Positions 26,443-38,949 of a stretch of 64,000 bases of DNA are shown here, one piece after another (the first letter of the stretch is position 1; every line of letters begins with the position of its first letter). A model generated the notes under the pieces. The model was not told the origin of the DNA and made no database searches. It saw only the letters and a program-made list of their open reading frames with translations. The DNA is from Ranitomeya imitator (Eukaryota). Both the position numbers and the translations under genes were made by a program. The DNA lies in the NCBI RefSeq assembly GCF_032444005.1, contig NC_091289.1, forward strand, positions 90,210,001-90,274,000, in the 5' to 3' direction.

Positions 26443-26629
26443 TAACTATTTGATCCTCTACCAACCAGTTCTGGCTCCTACAGACCAGTTAGATGCTCCT
26501 AATCAACTCATTACCTGCATTAAAGACAGCTGTCTTACATAGTCGCCTTTATAAAAGACTCTTGTCCACATACTCAATTAATCAGTCATTCTCTAACATC
26601 TACAACATGGGCAAGACCAAAGAGCTTTA

Positions 26630-26980
26630 GGCTATATTCACACTTTGCGGATTTCACTGCGGATCCGCAGCGGATTTGACCGCTGCGGATCTGCAGCAGT
26701 TTCCCATGAGTTTACAGTCCAATGTAAACCTATGGGAAACAAAAAACGCAGTGCACATGCTGCGGAAAAAAACGCGCGGAAATGCTGTGGATTACATTCC
26801 GCAGCATGTCACTTATTTTCTGCGGATTTTCACCTGCTCCAATAGAAAACTGCAGATGAAAATCCGCAGAAGAAAACCGCGATAAATCCGCAGTAAAAAC
26901 CGCGACGGGTTTTCATTGCGGATTTTGGAATTCTGCTGCGGAAAAATCCGCAGTGGAATCTGCAAAGTGTGAACATAGCC
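26630..26980. mobile_element. PIF/Harbinger-like MITE
   Basis: TTA|GGCTATATTCACACTTTGC ... GCAAAGTGTGAACATAGCC|TTA. Confidence 0.82.
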
Positions 26981-27272
26981 TTATAAGGCTGTCAGGGACA
27001 AGATTATTTCCTCCACTGTATTACTAAAACCAGCAATGAATCTCTGTATGGCCTTTACACTTTTTGCCAGGAAGCCACTGAAAAAATAAAACTTATGTTC
27101 GTGTTGCTTCTACATGTTCTGGAGATATTACTCTAACGACCGTGTATGAATTTACATTATAAGTCAATTTTAGTTTTTGAGAACTCATAATATTTGTCTA
27201 ACTGGTCTAATATGCAATACCATTTATAGAACTAGTTGGTGTTTAAGCTCAAAACATTGCGTTCCTGCAGAG

Positions 27273-27446
27273 CAGTGTTTCCCAAACTCCAGTCCTCCCG
27301 GACATCAACAGGTCATGTTTTCAGGATTTCCTTAGTATTGCACAGGTGATGGAAGTATCAGGAGTTCTCTTACTTGTGCAACACTATGGAAATCCTGAAA
27401 ACATGACCTGTTGGGAGCAGTGAGGACTGGAGTTTGGGAAATGCTG
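27273..27446. mobile_element. Short hAT-like foldback MITE
   Basis: CAGTGTTTCCCAAACTCCAGTCCTC ... GAGGACTGGAGTTTGGGAAATGCTG; same family as 31396-31557. Confidence 0.7.
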
Positions 27447-27562
27447 CTTGTAGAGCAATAGAGCTATAAAGTGCCGCTTAGCAGTTATGAAGTATGGTAA
27501 ATCCCTGTATTGAAATTGTTCTGCATTTCTCTTTGATCTCATTCACCGTTCCTACAGTGTAA

Positions 27563-28958
27563 TCTATAATATAACGCTGGGAGCGTCCCTCTGTCCGAAG
27601 CCTTTATAGACTGCGCAAGCGCCGGTGCAGTCTGGCCCCCACAGAGTGATGCTCCCAGGAGATCGCGGTATGCATAAGCACTGAACGCACACCGCGATCT
27701 CCACCGGAGAGTCAGGGACCGCCAGGAGGGTAAGTATATTCACCTTTCCCCGTTCCAGCGCTGCGTGCGGCTCCGTCTCCCGGGTCCTCTGCTGTGACAG
27801 TTCAGAGGGCGCGATGACGCGCTTAATGCGCGCCGGCGCCACCCTCTGACTGACCAGTCACTGGCAGAGGAGCTGGAGTGTGTCTTCAAGAAAATGGCAC
27901 TGGAAAGCGAGGACTGCGCAGGCGCCGATTCCTGCTGCCGGAATCGGCGCCTGCGCAGTCCGCGCTTTCCGGCGCCATTTTCTTGAAGACACACTGCCGG
28001 CGCCATTTTCTTGAAGACACACTGCAGGTGTGTCTTCAAGAAAATGGCGCCGGAAAGCGCGGACTGCGCAGGCGCCGATTCCGGCAGCAGGAGGACGAAC
28101 AAAATGGGCGGAAAGGAATTGCGTAAGTAACAAATTGCTTTAGCATGAAGCTGTGACACTTCATGCCACAGCAATTTATTTACGCCACCTGATTCCTTTC
28201 CGCTGCCATTTTCTTGGTCCTGCTGCCGGAATCGGCGCCTGCGCAGTCCGCGCTTTCCAGCACCATTTTCTTGAAGACACACCTGCAGTGTGTCTTCAAG
28301 AAAATGGCGCCGGCAGTGTGTCTTCAAGAAAATGGCGCCGGAAAGCGCGGACTGCGCAGGCGCCGATTCCGCCAGCAGGAGGACCAAGAAAATGGCGGCG
28401 GTAAGGAATCAGGTGGCGCAAGTAACAAATTGCTGTGGCATGAGGCTGTGGCATACAGTAGAAGGTGCGTGCAGGACAGGAAGCAGCGCCAGCAAGGGAG
28501 CCAGGTGAGTATTTTAATAACAGCGGGCGGGCGCACAGGGGGGGAGGGGGCTGGTGACATGGATCTTGATTTTACACACGAGAAACAAACAAAAAAAAAA
28601 AGGAATATTCATATCTTCTCTACAGCAAATGCTGCTGCAGAGAAGATATGAATGGCGGCTTCAGCACCAGTGGGGGGGACAGTGCTTAATGTAGCGCTGT
28701 CTCCTGCACGGCACACGGACTGTGCGGTGCGGTACGTGTTTTACATGGACCCATTGACTTTAATGGGTCTGTGTAATCCGTGCGCTCCCACGAACACTGA
28801 CATGTCTCCGTGTTTGGCACACGGAGACACGGTCCGCAAAAAATCAATGACATCTGCACAGATGCATTGATTTCAATGTGTCTACGTGTGTCAGTGGCTC
28901 CGGTACGTGAGGAAACTGTCACCTCACGTACCGGAGCCACTGACGTGTGAAACCGGCC
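27563..28958. mobile_element. Composite GC-rich non-autonomous element (Helitron-like left end, Harbinger-like right end) with palindromic array 27878-28410
   Basis: Left A|TCTATAATATAA; right GTGTGAAACCGGCC|TTA. The partner ends were not found. Confidence 0.4.
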
Positions 28959-29092
28959 TTAAAGTTATGGGCATGGATACAAATCCCATCTGTGCCATAT
29001 TATGGCTGTTATGTTTGTGGCAGGAAAAGGATGGATTGTTATTCTTGATTCTGTATAAAGTCTATCATCAGAGACTGTGTTGTGTTTTCCAG

Positions 29093-29296
29093 ACTTTCCC
29101 AGTAATGCCAACCCAGCTCCAGTTTTTAGACCTGCAGAACACATTATTCTCTACTCAGATGGAACTTCAGAAAACGCAAATGGCTCTCCGACAAAAGGAA
29201 CGTCAGCTAACTGAGGCTAAAAGATCGCAGAGGTTACTGGAGGTTGATATCCTAGAAGGACAGGAGCAGAAAGAAACTACATGGAAACACAATCAG
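29093..29296 (+). CDS. PDE4DIP: PDE4DIP/myomegalin coding exon (TFPVMPTQLQFLDLQNTLFSTQMELQKTQMALRQKERQLTEAK...KETTWKHNQ)
   Basis: gtgttttccag| acceptor and |gtgctg donor; 204 nt, phase 0-0. Matches recalled human LLDLQSALFCSQLEIQKLQRVVRQKERQLADAK...KEASWKHNQ. Confidence 0.93.
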
Positions 29297-29574
29297 GTGC
29301 TGCCTTCTTCTTGTCTTTCTGTATTATGTGAATTCAGGGCGCACACAGCATATTGTGGCTACTGTCGGTTGTGTGCACTTATAAGATGGACATTTGACAG
29401 ATGTGTACCAGCCAGATGAAAACCAAAAGAACACTACTCTTGCCTCTGTCTTGTAATTGGGGCCTTTGGAAAGGTTTAGGTATACTGCAGTAGCATTCCC
29501 AGTATGTAAGTGCAGCTAAGTGCACAGTCCCAGTATCACGGGTATCTCTACCTGTTGTACACTGCATGTAGTTA

Positions 29575-31156
29575 CAGTGGGGAAAAAAATTATTTAGTCA
29601 ACCACCATTTGTGCAAGTTCTCCCACTTAAAAAGATGAGAGAGGCCTGTAATTGACATCATAGGTAGACCACAACTATGAGTGTCAAAATGAGAAAACAA
29701 ATCCAGAAAATCAATTTGTCTGATTTGTCAAGATTTATTTTGCATATTATGGTCGAATATAAGTATTTGGTCATTAACTAAAGTTCATCTCAATATTTTG
29801 TTATATATCCTTTGTTGGAAATGACAGAGGTCAAACGTTTTCTGTAATTTTTCACAAGGTTGGCACACACTGTTTTTGGTATGTTGGCCCATTCCGCCTT
29901 GCAGATCTCCTCTAGAGCAGTGATATGTTGTTGGGCAGTATGGACTTTCAACTCCCTCCAAAGGTTTTCTATGGGGTTGAGATCTGGAGACTGGCTAGGC
30001 CACTCCAGGACCTTCATATGCTTCTTACAGAGCCACTCCCTCATTGCCCTGGTGGTGTGCTTGGGATCATTATCATGCTGAAAGGCCCATCCACATTTCA
30101 TGTTCAATGCCCTTGCTAATGGAAGGAGGTTTGCACTCAAAATCTCACGATACATGGCCCCATTCATTCTTTCATGTACACAGATCAATTGTCCTGGTCC
30201 CTTTGCAGAGAAACAGCCCAAAGCATGATGTTACCACTCCCATGTTTAACAGTAGGTGTGGTGTTCTTGGGATGCAACTCAGCATTCTGTCTCCTCCAAA
30301 CACAACGAGTTTTTTTTCTACCAAACGGTTCTACCTTGCTTTCATCAGACCATATGACATTGTCCCAATACTCTTCTGGATAATCCAAATGCTCTCTAGC
30401 AAACTTCAGATGGGCCCGGACATGTATTGGCTTATGCAGGGGGACACGTCTGGCACTGCAGGATCTGAGTCCCTGGCAGCGTAGTGTGTTACTGATAGTA
30501 GCCTTTGTTACGGTGGTCCTAGCTCTATACAGGTCATTCACTAGGTCCCCCCGTGTGGTTCTGGGATTTTTGCTCACCGTTCTTATGATCATTTTGACCA
30601 CACGGGGTGAGATCTTGCGTGGAGCCCCAGATCGAGGGAGATTATCAGTGGTCTTGTATGTCTTCCATTTTCTAATTATTGCTCCCACAGTTGATTTCAT
30701 TACAACAAGCTGCTTGCCTATTGCAGATTCAGTCTTCCCAGCCTGGTGCAGGGCTATAATTTTTTTCTGGTGTCCTTCAACAGCTTTTTGGTCTTCACCA
30801 TAGTGAAGTTTGGAGTGTGAGTGAGGTTGTGGATAGGTCTTTCATACTGATAAGTTCAAACAGGTGCCATTACTACAGGTAATGAGTGGAGGACAGAGCA
30901 GCATCTTAAAGAAGAAGTTACAGGTCTGTGAGAGCCAGAAATCTTGCATGTTTTTAGGTGACCAAATAGTTATTTTCCACCATAATTTTCAAAATAAATC
31001 TTGCCAAATCAGACAAGGTGATTTTCTGGATTTGTTTTCTCATTTTGACTCTCATAGTTGTGGTCTACCTATGATGTCAATTACAGGCCTCTCTTATCTT
31101 TTTAAGTTGGAGAACTTGCACAACTGGTGGCTGACTAAATACTTTTTTCCCCACGG
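29575..31156 (-). mobile_element. Full-length degenerate Tc1 element
   Basis: TA|CAGTGGGGAAAAAAATTATTTAGTC ... GACTAAATACTTTTTTCCCCACGG|TA; [18 protein letters not shown] and [15 protein letters not shown] in two frames. Confidence 0.93.
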
Positions 31157-31395
31157 TATGTCCACTACAAAACTGCGGGTATCTATAGAATCACCTGTAG
31201 TGCATTATAAAAGATGGCAGCCTTGGATAAACGGATGCTAGAGTGCTTCTCATTAACTATGATCCATGAGAGTTTTAATTTTATCCAATTGAAGGAGTTT
31301 TCCAAGCTCCTGCAAAAGTAATTTTGGTGGTAAGGAACATATAGGAGATTAGTTTTTGAGTGTGTTTGGAGGTATCCTGTATAGGTCTGTTAAGT

Positions 31396-31557
31396 CAGAG
31401 GTCCCCAACTCCAGTCCTCAAGGCCCACCAACATGTCATGTTTTCAGGATTTCCTTAGTCTTGACCAGGTAATAATTGCATCACCTGTGCAATGCAAAGG
31501 AAATCCTGAAAACATGACCTGTTGGTGGGCCTTGAGGACTGGAGTTGGGGACCTCTG
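31396..31557. mobile_element. Short hAT foldback MITE
   Basis: CAGAGGTCCCCAAC...GTTGGGGACCTCTG; exact 8-bp TSD TGTTAAGT. Confidence 0.88.
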
Positions 31558-31774
31558 TGTTAAGTAACCCCTTCCGGGAAGATCCGGTAGGGGATACTCT
31601 ATTACTGTCTGCATACGGTGATACAAAGTAAATAAAAAAAACAAACCCTCATTCCCTGTACCCTAACAAAGGAATTGGGCCGTGGAGATCCCAGGAAAAT
31701 CTGTGGCTACCTACGGGGTTGTTAATAAATAGCTCATGAGGAGTTTATACCCAGATTTCACCAAAGAGGTATTA

Positions 31775-32180
31775 GGCTATGTGCACACGATGCGGATTTG
31801 CTGCGGATCCGCAGTGGATTTTTCCTCGCAGAAATGCTGCAGGTCCGCACTGTGATTTACAGTACCATATAAATCAATGTAAAAAAAAAAAAAAAATTAT
31901 GCACATGGTGCAGAAAATCAGTGCGGTATTGCTGCGGATTTAAAAGAAGTGCATGTCACTTCTTTTGTGCGGATCTGCAGCGTTTCTGCACCCCTCCATG
32001 TTAGAAATCTGCAGTGGCGAAAACTGCATAAAATCCGCACAAAATCCGCATCAATTCCGCTGCAAATCTACACAAAATCCGCATAAAAACCGCTGCAAAT
32101 CCACAGCTGCGGATTCTGCCAGGAGATGCGGATTTTGTGCAGAAAATTCTGCACCACATTTTCTACGTGTGCACATAGCC
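31775..32180. mobile_element. PIF/Harbinger-like MITE
   Basis: TTA|GGCTATGTGCACAC ... GTGTGCACATAGCC|TGA. Confidence 0.75.
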
Positions 32181-32184
32181 TGAA

Positions 32185-32583
32185 TGGGAATCTGTCAGCA
32201 GATTTTGATACCTCAACTGATGGCAGCATAATGTACAACATGGGACCCTGAAACCACAGATGTATCACTTAGATTACTAAGTGCAGCCGTTCTGACACAA
32301 TCCGAGCTTTTACATGCATTATGTAGCAGAGCTGAGAATGCTAACTCCGCCCACACAACAGCTTGCTATGTGCATAGTCTACTGAGAGCGGATTATCACA
32401 GGAGGAGGCGTGGTCGGGCTATCAGGCAAGTGCACATCAGACATCGCTGTGATCATCTCCTTGTGATAACATTTTCAGGGTAAGTGAACAGCACAGGGCT
32501 TAATAAATGACACATCGTTTGATTCAAGTTTCGGCCGCTGCTGTCTTTTGATTAGCTAGAAAAAATCTGATGACAGATTCCCT
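32185..32583. mobile_element. T2/Kolobok-like MITE
   Basis: GGGAATCTGTCA ... TGACAGATTCCCT|TTAA. Confidence 0.65.
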
Positions 32584-33853
32584 TTAATAGAAAGTTTATC
32601 CAGCCAATCTGTGAACGATAAAAATTACCAAAGATCCTACTCATAGCCGCGCATGTAGGACAGTTTATGTAACCCCTTACCAGCATAATCTCTTTCCCCG
32701 CACGTGACAGCTGATTTAATTAAAAATTTAAAACGCCAGAATTACTTTTTTTGGTCACCGCAACATTGAATTAAAATGCAGTAATGGGCAATCAAAAGAT
32801 AGTATCTACACCAAAATGTTGCCAATAAAAACGTCAGCTCAGAACGCCAAAAATAAGCACTTTTTTTTTGCAATTTTACCATCCTTGGAATTTTTGTTTC
32901 TGTTTTCCAGTACATTTTATGGCAAAACCAATGGTGTCGTTCAAAAGTACAACTCATCCCGCAAAAATCAAGCCCTCATATTGATGGAAAAAAAAAAAGT
33001 TATGGCTCTGGGCAGAAGGGGAGCAAAAAACAGAAATGCAAAAAAATGGAAAATGAAATGGGGATGAAGGGGTTAGTAGCATACCCTATCTTATGAAATG
33101 GAGCAGTCATTATCTGTGTGATGCTCATTGGGCTTGGATATTACATTAATGTGGGCAAGATTAAAAAAGGGCCCAACCATCCATCACAGCAGAAGTGCCT
33201 TAAGAACAACGCTAGTTGGGGGAACTAAAATAGGAGCAGTTTTTTTTATAATGAGTAGGCAACCTGTCAGGGCCTGGACATGGAAGGTGCCATAAAAAAA
33301 ATTCAACAATTGAAAAAATTTTAATCCTTCTCGACATTTTCCACATATTTTCGTCATAGTCAGGCAGGACTTCCTGAACAATGCAGTATATATGTCATGG
33401 CGACTGCTCGCACAAAGTGGGCTGTGCGTTGGAAATCGCCTCCGTGTGTCAGTTGATTCTGACAGTTGACACCTGGCTTCAGTGCCAGGAGCCGTACCTG
33501 TACCGCTCTCAGCACTTTAGCCACCTAAATGCTGCGTTCGGTGCTGTGCAATCGCAGCATTTAGAGAGCAGGCAGAGCGAAGACAGCCCCTCTGCCCTTG
33601 GATCAGAGATTCTGCAACATCATCGCAGGGTCCCGATCGCTGCCATGGTGAAAAAATGTTGTTATGAGGCACTAGCAAGTTAGTTAGATCATGTGCAATG
33701 CATGATCTAAGTAACTTGTGTCTACAGCTCCTGCATTGCTATACCTTATTAACTGCGACAAGGACGTGAAGATCCCACACTGGCAATAAATAAAAAAGTA
33801 AAACAAAGTTGTAAAAATATGTAAAAAAAAGTGTGTGCGCCACATATAGATTA

Positions 33854-34196
33854 GGCTACTTTCACACTAGCGTCGGGCAACATCAGTCGCAGTGCGTCGT
33901 TGTGGAGGAAAAAGCATCCTGCAAAGTTGCCCGCAGGATGCGTTTTTTCTCCATAGACTTTTATTACCGACGCATTGCGACGGATTGCCACACGTCGCAT
34001 CCGTCGTGCGACGGATGCATCGTGTTTTTGCAGTCCGTCGTGACAAAAAAAGTTCCATGCAACTTTTTTTGTATGTCAGTTCCGCCCCCTCCTCCCTGCC
34101 CATCACACTGGGCAGCGGATGCGTCGTAAGACTGCATCCGCTGCCCACATTGTAATTAATGACGGCCCGTACCGACGGACTAGTGTGAAAGTAGCC
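33854..34196. mobile_element. PIF/Harbinger-like MITE
   Basis: TTA|GGCTACTTTCACACTAG ... CTAGTGTGAAAGTAGCC|TAA. Confidence 0.78.
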
Positions 34197-35859
34197 TAAT
34201 TTATTTGCACTGGTGTACCAAGCGGCCAATCCCTGATTGTGGGTTGGCTGCCTCATCGGTATTACTGCACCTGTGTAGTTGCCATCTTTACTTGGGTCCG
34301 CTGCACCTTGATAGTGCAATTGTTTAGAGGCTGTGACAGGTAAGCACCTTTGCCTGTGTACTCATGTTTTTTTGGAATCGTGATCCACCAGCGCTGTTAT
34401 GTTAAATGCCGCTGTCAATCTCTGACAGTGGCATTTAACATGCTCGCGTCGGAAGCTCTGATGGGTTGGCATCACAACCCGAGGTCCGCAGGAGACCCCT
34501 GTGGTTGCCATTGCCAGATTGCTATGAGTGCCTACCTGTGGCCGGTGCTTATAGCAGATAAGCATTTTAGCTACACATATAAGGGCTGCAGCCCTGCTCT
34601 GTAGTACAAGTGATCGAGTGAGCGCAGCTTCTAGTTTCCCATGACTTTTGAAGCAAGTAAAAATGTAAAGAAAAAAAAAAAAAAAGGTTTTATAAAACAT
34701 TAAAATAATATAAAAGTTCAACTCACCCTACATTTGCTCCATAAAAGAAATAAAAAAATACACATTTTTGCTATTGCCGCATTTACAAATGTCTGGTCTG
34801 TCAATATATAAAACTAATTAATCCAATCAGTAAAAGGTGTAATGAGAGAAAAAGTAAAAAATCTAGAATTACGTTTTTTGGTCGCCACAACTGTACAATA
34901 AAATGCAATAACAGTTGATCAAAAGAACGTATCTGCACCAAAATGGTATCGATAAAAACATCAGCTCAGCACGCAAAAAATAAACCCTCACCCAGGCTTG
35001 TAAACTCATAATGACCTGGAGAATCATAATGGCAGGTACGTTTTAGCATTTGGTGAACATGGTAAAAAAATAAAAAAAAACAATTGTGTAATTGGCACCT
35101 TTTTGCAATTTCACCGCACTTGGAATTTTGTTCCTGTTTTCCAGTACACGATATGGTAAAACCAATGCTGTCGTTCAAAAGTACAACTTGTCCTGCAAAA
35201 AATAAGCCCTCACTTGGCCATATTGATGGAAAAATACAAAAGTTATGGCTCTGGGAAAGAAGTGGAGCACAAAATGAAAACAGAAAACCCCAAGGTTGTG
35301 AAGGGGTTAAACACTATGGAGAGCAACTGGTGAAATTTGCCATGAAAACCTAGTGTACAACTAGCTCACATTAGGACTGCAGTAAATGAGGGCTGGATCT
35401 ATTCACATGTCTGACTTCTCCTCTCCTCTCCTTCTGGGTGTTTGTAAAAAGATAAGAGAGGATGAAGTTTAGGATCACAGTGAAGAGCCATTAAGTTGGT
35501 GACTAGTGTTGAGCCACCTCCCTAGTGTTCGGGTCCGGTTCGGTTCGACGAACTGTTCGTCGAACCCCATTGAAATCAATGGCAGGCAAACACAAACACA
35601 TACAAACACATGGAAAACACATAGAAAACACTTTAAAAGGTGTCCAAAAGCTGACAAACTGCTCAGAAGACACAACAAACACATGGAAAAATCACAACTA
35701 CATATAGTCATGCGAAAAGAAAAGAGGTGGAGGAGTAAAAGGAGGAGGAGACACAGATATAGGCATGGTGTGCCCTTCTAAAATCAAGAAAGGCTGGAGT
35801 AAAAATCTAAACTCACTCTACCAACACCCAGACGTCTTGACAAAAAAATAAAAAAAATA

Positions 35860-36365
35860 AAATATCTTTAGGTAGAATGGTGGCGGGTCCATTCAGAACA
35901 CTTTCCTTGGAAGACGTAGTGGTACCCCCATTGGGAGTTGTGCCAAAAAATGAACCCAATACATTCAGACTAATCCACCATTTGTCATATCCAAGGGGCA
36001 GGTCAGTAAACGACAACATCGACGCGGAACCAAGTACAGTACTATGTACTGTACCTCCTTTGACGAGGCAATCAGGCGGGTCAAGAAGTTGGTAAGGGGC
36101 ACCCTAATGGCCAACAGAGACATTGAGGAGGTGTTCCGGTTACTACCTGTGCCTCCGAATATTGTCCTCCCATTGGGCTGCTTCTGTGAAGGAGCATACT
36201 ACATAGATCGCTGTTTGCCCGTGGGGTACTCCATATCCTGCTCACTATTTGAGGCGTTTAGTTGCTTCCTCGAATGTGTTGTCATGGACGTTTGTAAGGC
36301 GGCACATATTATCCATTACCTCGACGACTTCTTATGCCTGGGCCCAAAAGATTCGCCACAGTGTG
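35860..36365 (+). mobile_element. DIRS/tyrosine-recombinase retrotransposon RT fragment
   Basis: PLGVVPKNEPNTFRLIHHLSYPRGRSVND...FRLLPV...YYIDRCLPVGYSISCSLFEAFS..L...HYLDDFL with a frameshift. Confidence 0.8.
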
Positions 36366-36454
36366 GAAACACACAGTATTCCACCTGTGAGAAGGAGAGA
36401 GCTGGAGGGAGAGTGGACACCCCAGAGCCGAAGGGTTAGATTGAGAAAGAAAGA

Positions 36455-37170
36455 AAGCGGTGTAGCTTGCTTCATGGGTGGGGTACTCTGAGTAGCAGAA
36501 ATTGCTACTAGGCCCAAAAGGATTTCCTAAGCCAAATGCCGTTAAAAAATAGTACTTAGGTAAACAGGCAGTGTAGCTTGCTTCATGGGTGGGTTACGCT
36601 GCTGAGTAGCACTGAATTCTACTAGGCCCAAAAGGATTTCCTGGGCCAGATGCCGTTACAAAATAGTAGTTAGGTAAACAGGCGGTGTAGCTTGCTTCAT
36701 GGGTGGGGTACTGTGCTGAGTAGCACCAAATTCTACTAGGCCCAAAAGGATTTCCTGGGCTAGATGCCGTTACAAAATAGTAGTTAGGTAAACAGGCGGT
36801 GTAACTTGCTTCATGGGTGGGGTACTGTGCTGAATAGCACAAAATGCTATTAGGTTCCAAACGATTTCCTGGGCTAGATGCAGTTAAAAATTAGTAATTA
36901 GATCAAGAGGCGGTGTAGCTTGCTTCATGGGTGAAGTACGCTGCTGAGTAGCACCAAATTTTACTACGCCCAAAAGGATTTCCTGGGCTAGATGCCGTTA
37001 AAAAATAGTACTTAGGTATGCAGGCGATGTGTAGCTTGCTTCATGGGTGGGGTACGATGCTGAAGAGCACCAAATTCTACTAGGCCCAAAAGGATTTCCT
37101 GGGCTAGATGCCGTTACAAAATAGTAGTTAGGTAAACAGGCAGTGCGTGGCTGGGCTACTCTGCTGACTA
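36455..37170. repeat. ~114-bp tandem repeat (about 6 copies) inside the hAT element
   Basis: GTGTAGCTTGCTTCATGGGTGGGGTAC recurs near 36460, 36571, 36685, 36799, 36913 and 37029. Confidence 0.9.
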
Positions 37171-38949
37171 GCAGACACTGAAGCTTTGGAGCAGACCTCT
37201 GAATCCCAGGCCATAGTATGAGGAAACAACTCTGCAGACGACCCCACCCACCTGGAATTGACGATGGCAATGTCATGTAAAACTCAGCAAGGGGACTAAA
37301 TAAGAGTCTCCATTTTTTTCCAAAAATTCGGCCACAGATACCACTTAAGTGGCATCAATTTCGCCAGAGTTTTTTTAAAATGGTTGGTGATGTGATTTTC
37401 AAAAATCATCAAGCTTTTAGTCTCCCCAAGATGACACAGGAGTAGAAAAGTCCTTGCGGATCCAGGATTTGTTCATCTTGATGAATGTTAGTCTGTCTAC
37501 ATTATCACTGGACAGCCGCGTGCGTTTATCTGTCAGCACACCACCAGCAGCGCTGAACATCCGTTCAGAGAGAACGCTGGCTGCGGGTCACGACAAGATG
37601 TCCAAGGCGTGAGTGGCGAGCTCAGGCCATTTTTCAAGATTGGAAGCCCAAAATGAGCAAGGGTCCAGTTCCATAGTCATGGAATACATAGTAACATAGT
37701 AGCATAGTTAGTAAGGCCGAAAAAAGACATTTGTCCATCCAGTTCAGCCTATATTCCATCATAATAAATCCCCAGATCTACGTCCTTCTACAGAACCTAA
37801 TAATTGTATGATACAATATTGTTCTGCTCCAGGAAGACATCCAGGCCTCTCTTGAACCCCTCGACTGAGTTCGCCATCACCAACTCCTCAGGCAAGCAAT
37901 TCCAGATTCTCACTGCCCTAACAGTAAAGAATCCTCTTCTGTGTTGGTGGAAAAACCTTCTCTCCTCCAGATGCAAAGAATGCCCCCTTGTGCCCGTCAC
38001 CTTCCTTGGTATAAACAGATCCTCAGCGAGATATTTGTATTGTCCCTTTATATACTTATACATGGTTATTAGATCGCCCCTCAGTCGTCTTTTTTTCTAG
38101 ACTAAATAATCCTAATTTCGCTAATCTATCTGGGTATTGTAGATCTCCCATCCCCTTTATTAATTTTGTTGCCCTCCTTTGTACTCTCTCTAGTTCCATT
38201 ATATCCTTCCTGAGCACCGGTGCCCAAAACTGGACACAGTACTCCATGTGCGGTCTAACTAGGGATTTGTACAAAGGCAGTATAATGCTCTCATCATGTG
38301 TATCCAGACCTCTTTTAACCCCTTCAAGACCCAGCCTATTTTGACCTTAAAGACCTTGCCGTTTTTTGCAATTCTGACCAGTGTCCCTTTATGAGGTAAT
38401 AACTCAGGAACGCTTCAACGGATCCTAGCGGTTCTGAGATTGTTTTTTCGTGACATATTGGGCTTCATGTTAGTGGTAAATTTAGGTCAATAAATTCTGC
38501 ATTTATTTGTGATAAACACGGAAATTTGGCGAAAATTTTGAAAATTTCGCAATTTTCACATTTTGAATTTTTATTCTGTTAAACCAGAGAGATATGTGAC
38601 ACAAAATAGTTAATAAATAACATTTCCCACATGTTTACTTTACATCAGCACAATTTTGGAAACAAAATTTTTTTTTGTTAGGAAGTTATAAGGGTTAAAA
38701 TTCGACCAGCGATTTGTCATTTTTACAACGAAATTTACAAAACCATTTTTTTTAGGGACCACCTCACATTTGAAGTCAGTTTGAGGGGTCTATATGGCTG
38801 AAAATACCCAAAAGTGACACCATTCTAAAAACTGCACCCCTCAAGGTACTCAAAACCACATTCAAGAAGTTTATTAACCCTTCAGGTGCTTCACAGCAGC
38901 AGAAGCAACATGGAAGGAAAAAATGAACATTTAACTTTTTAGTCACAAA

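Noticed and set aside
28886-29419. 177-aa ORF as a stand-alone gene
   Set aside because: Only 29093-29296 is coding (a PDE4DIP exon with splice sites); the rest is intronic read-through.
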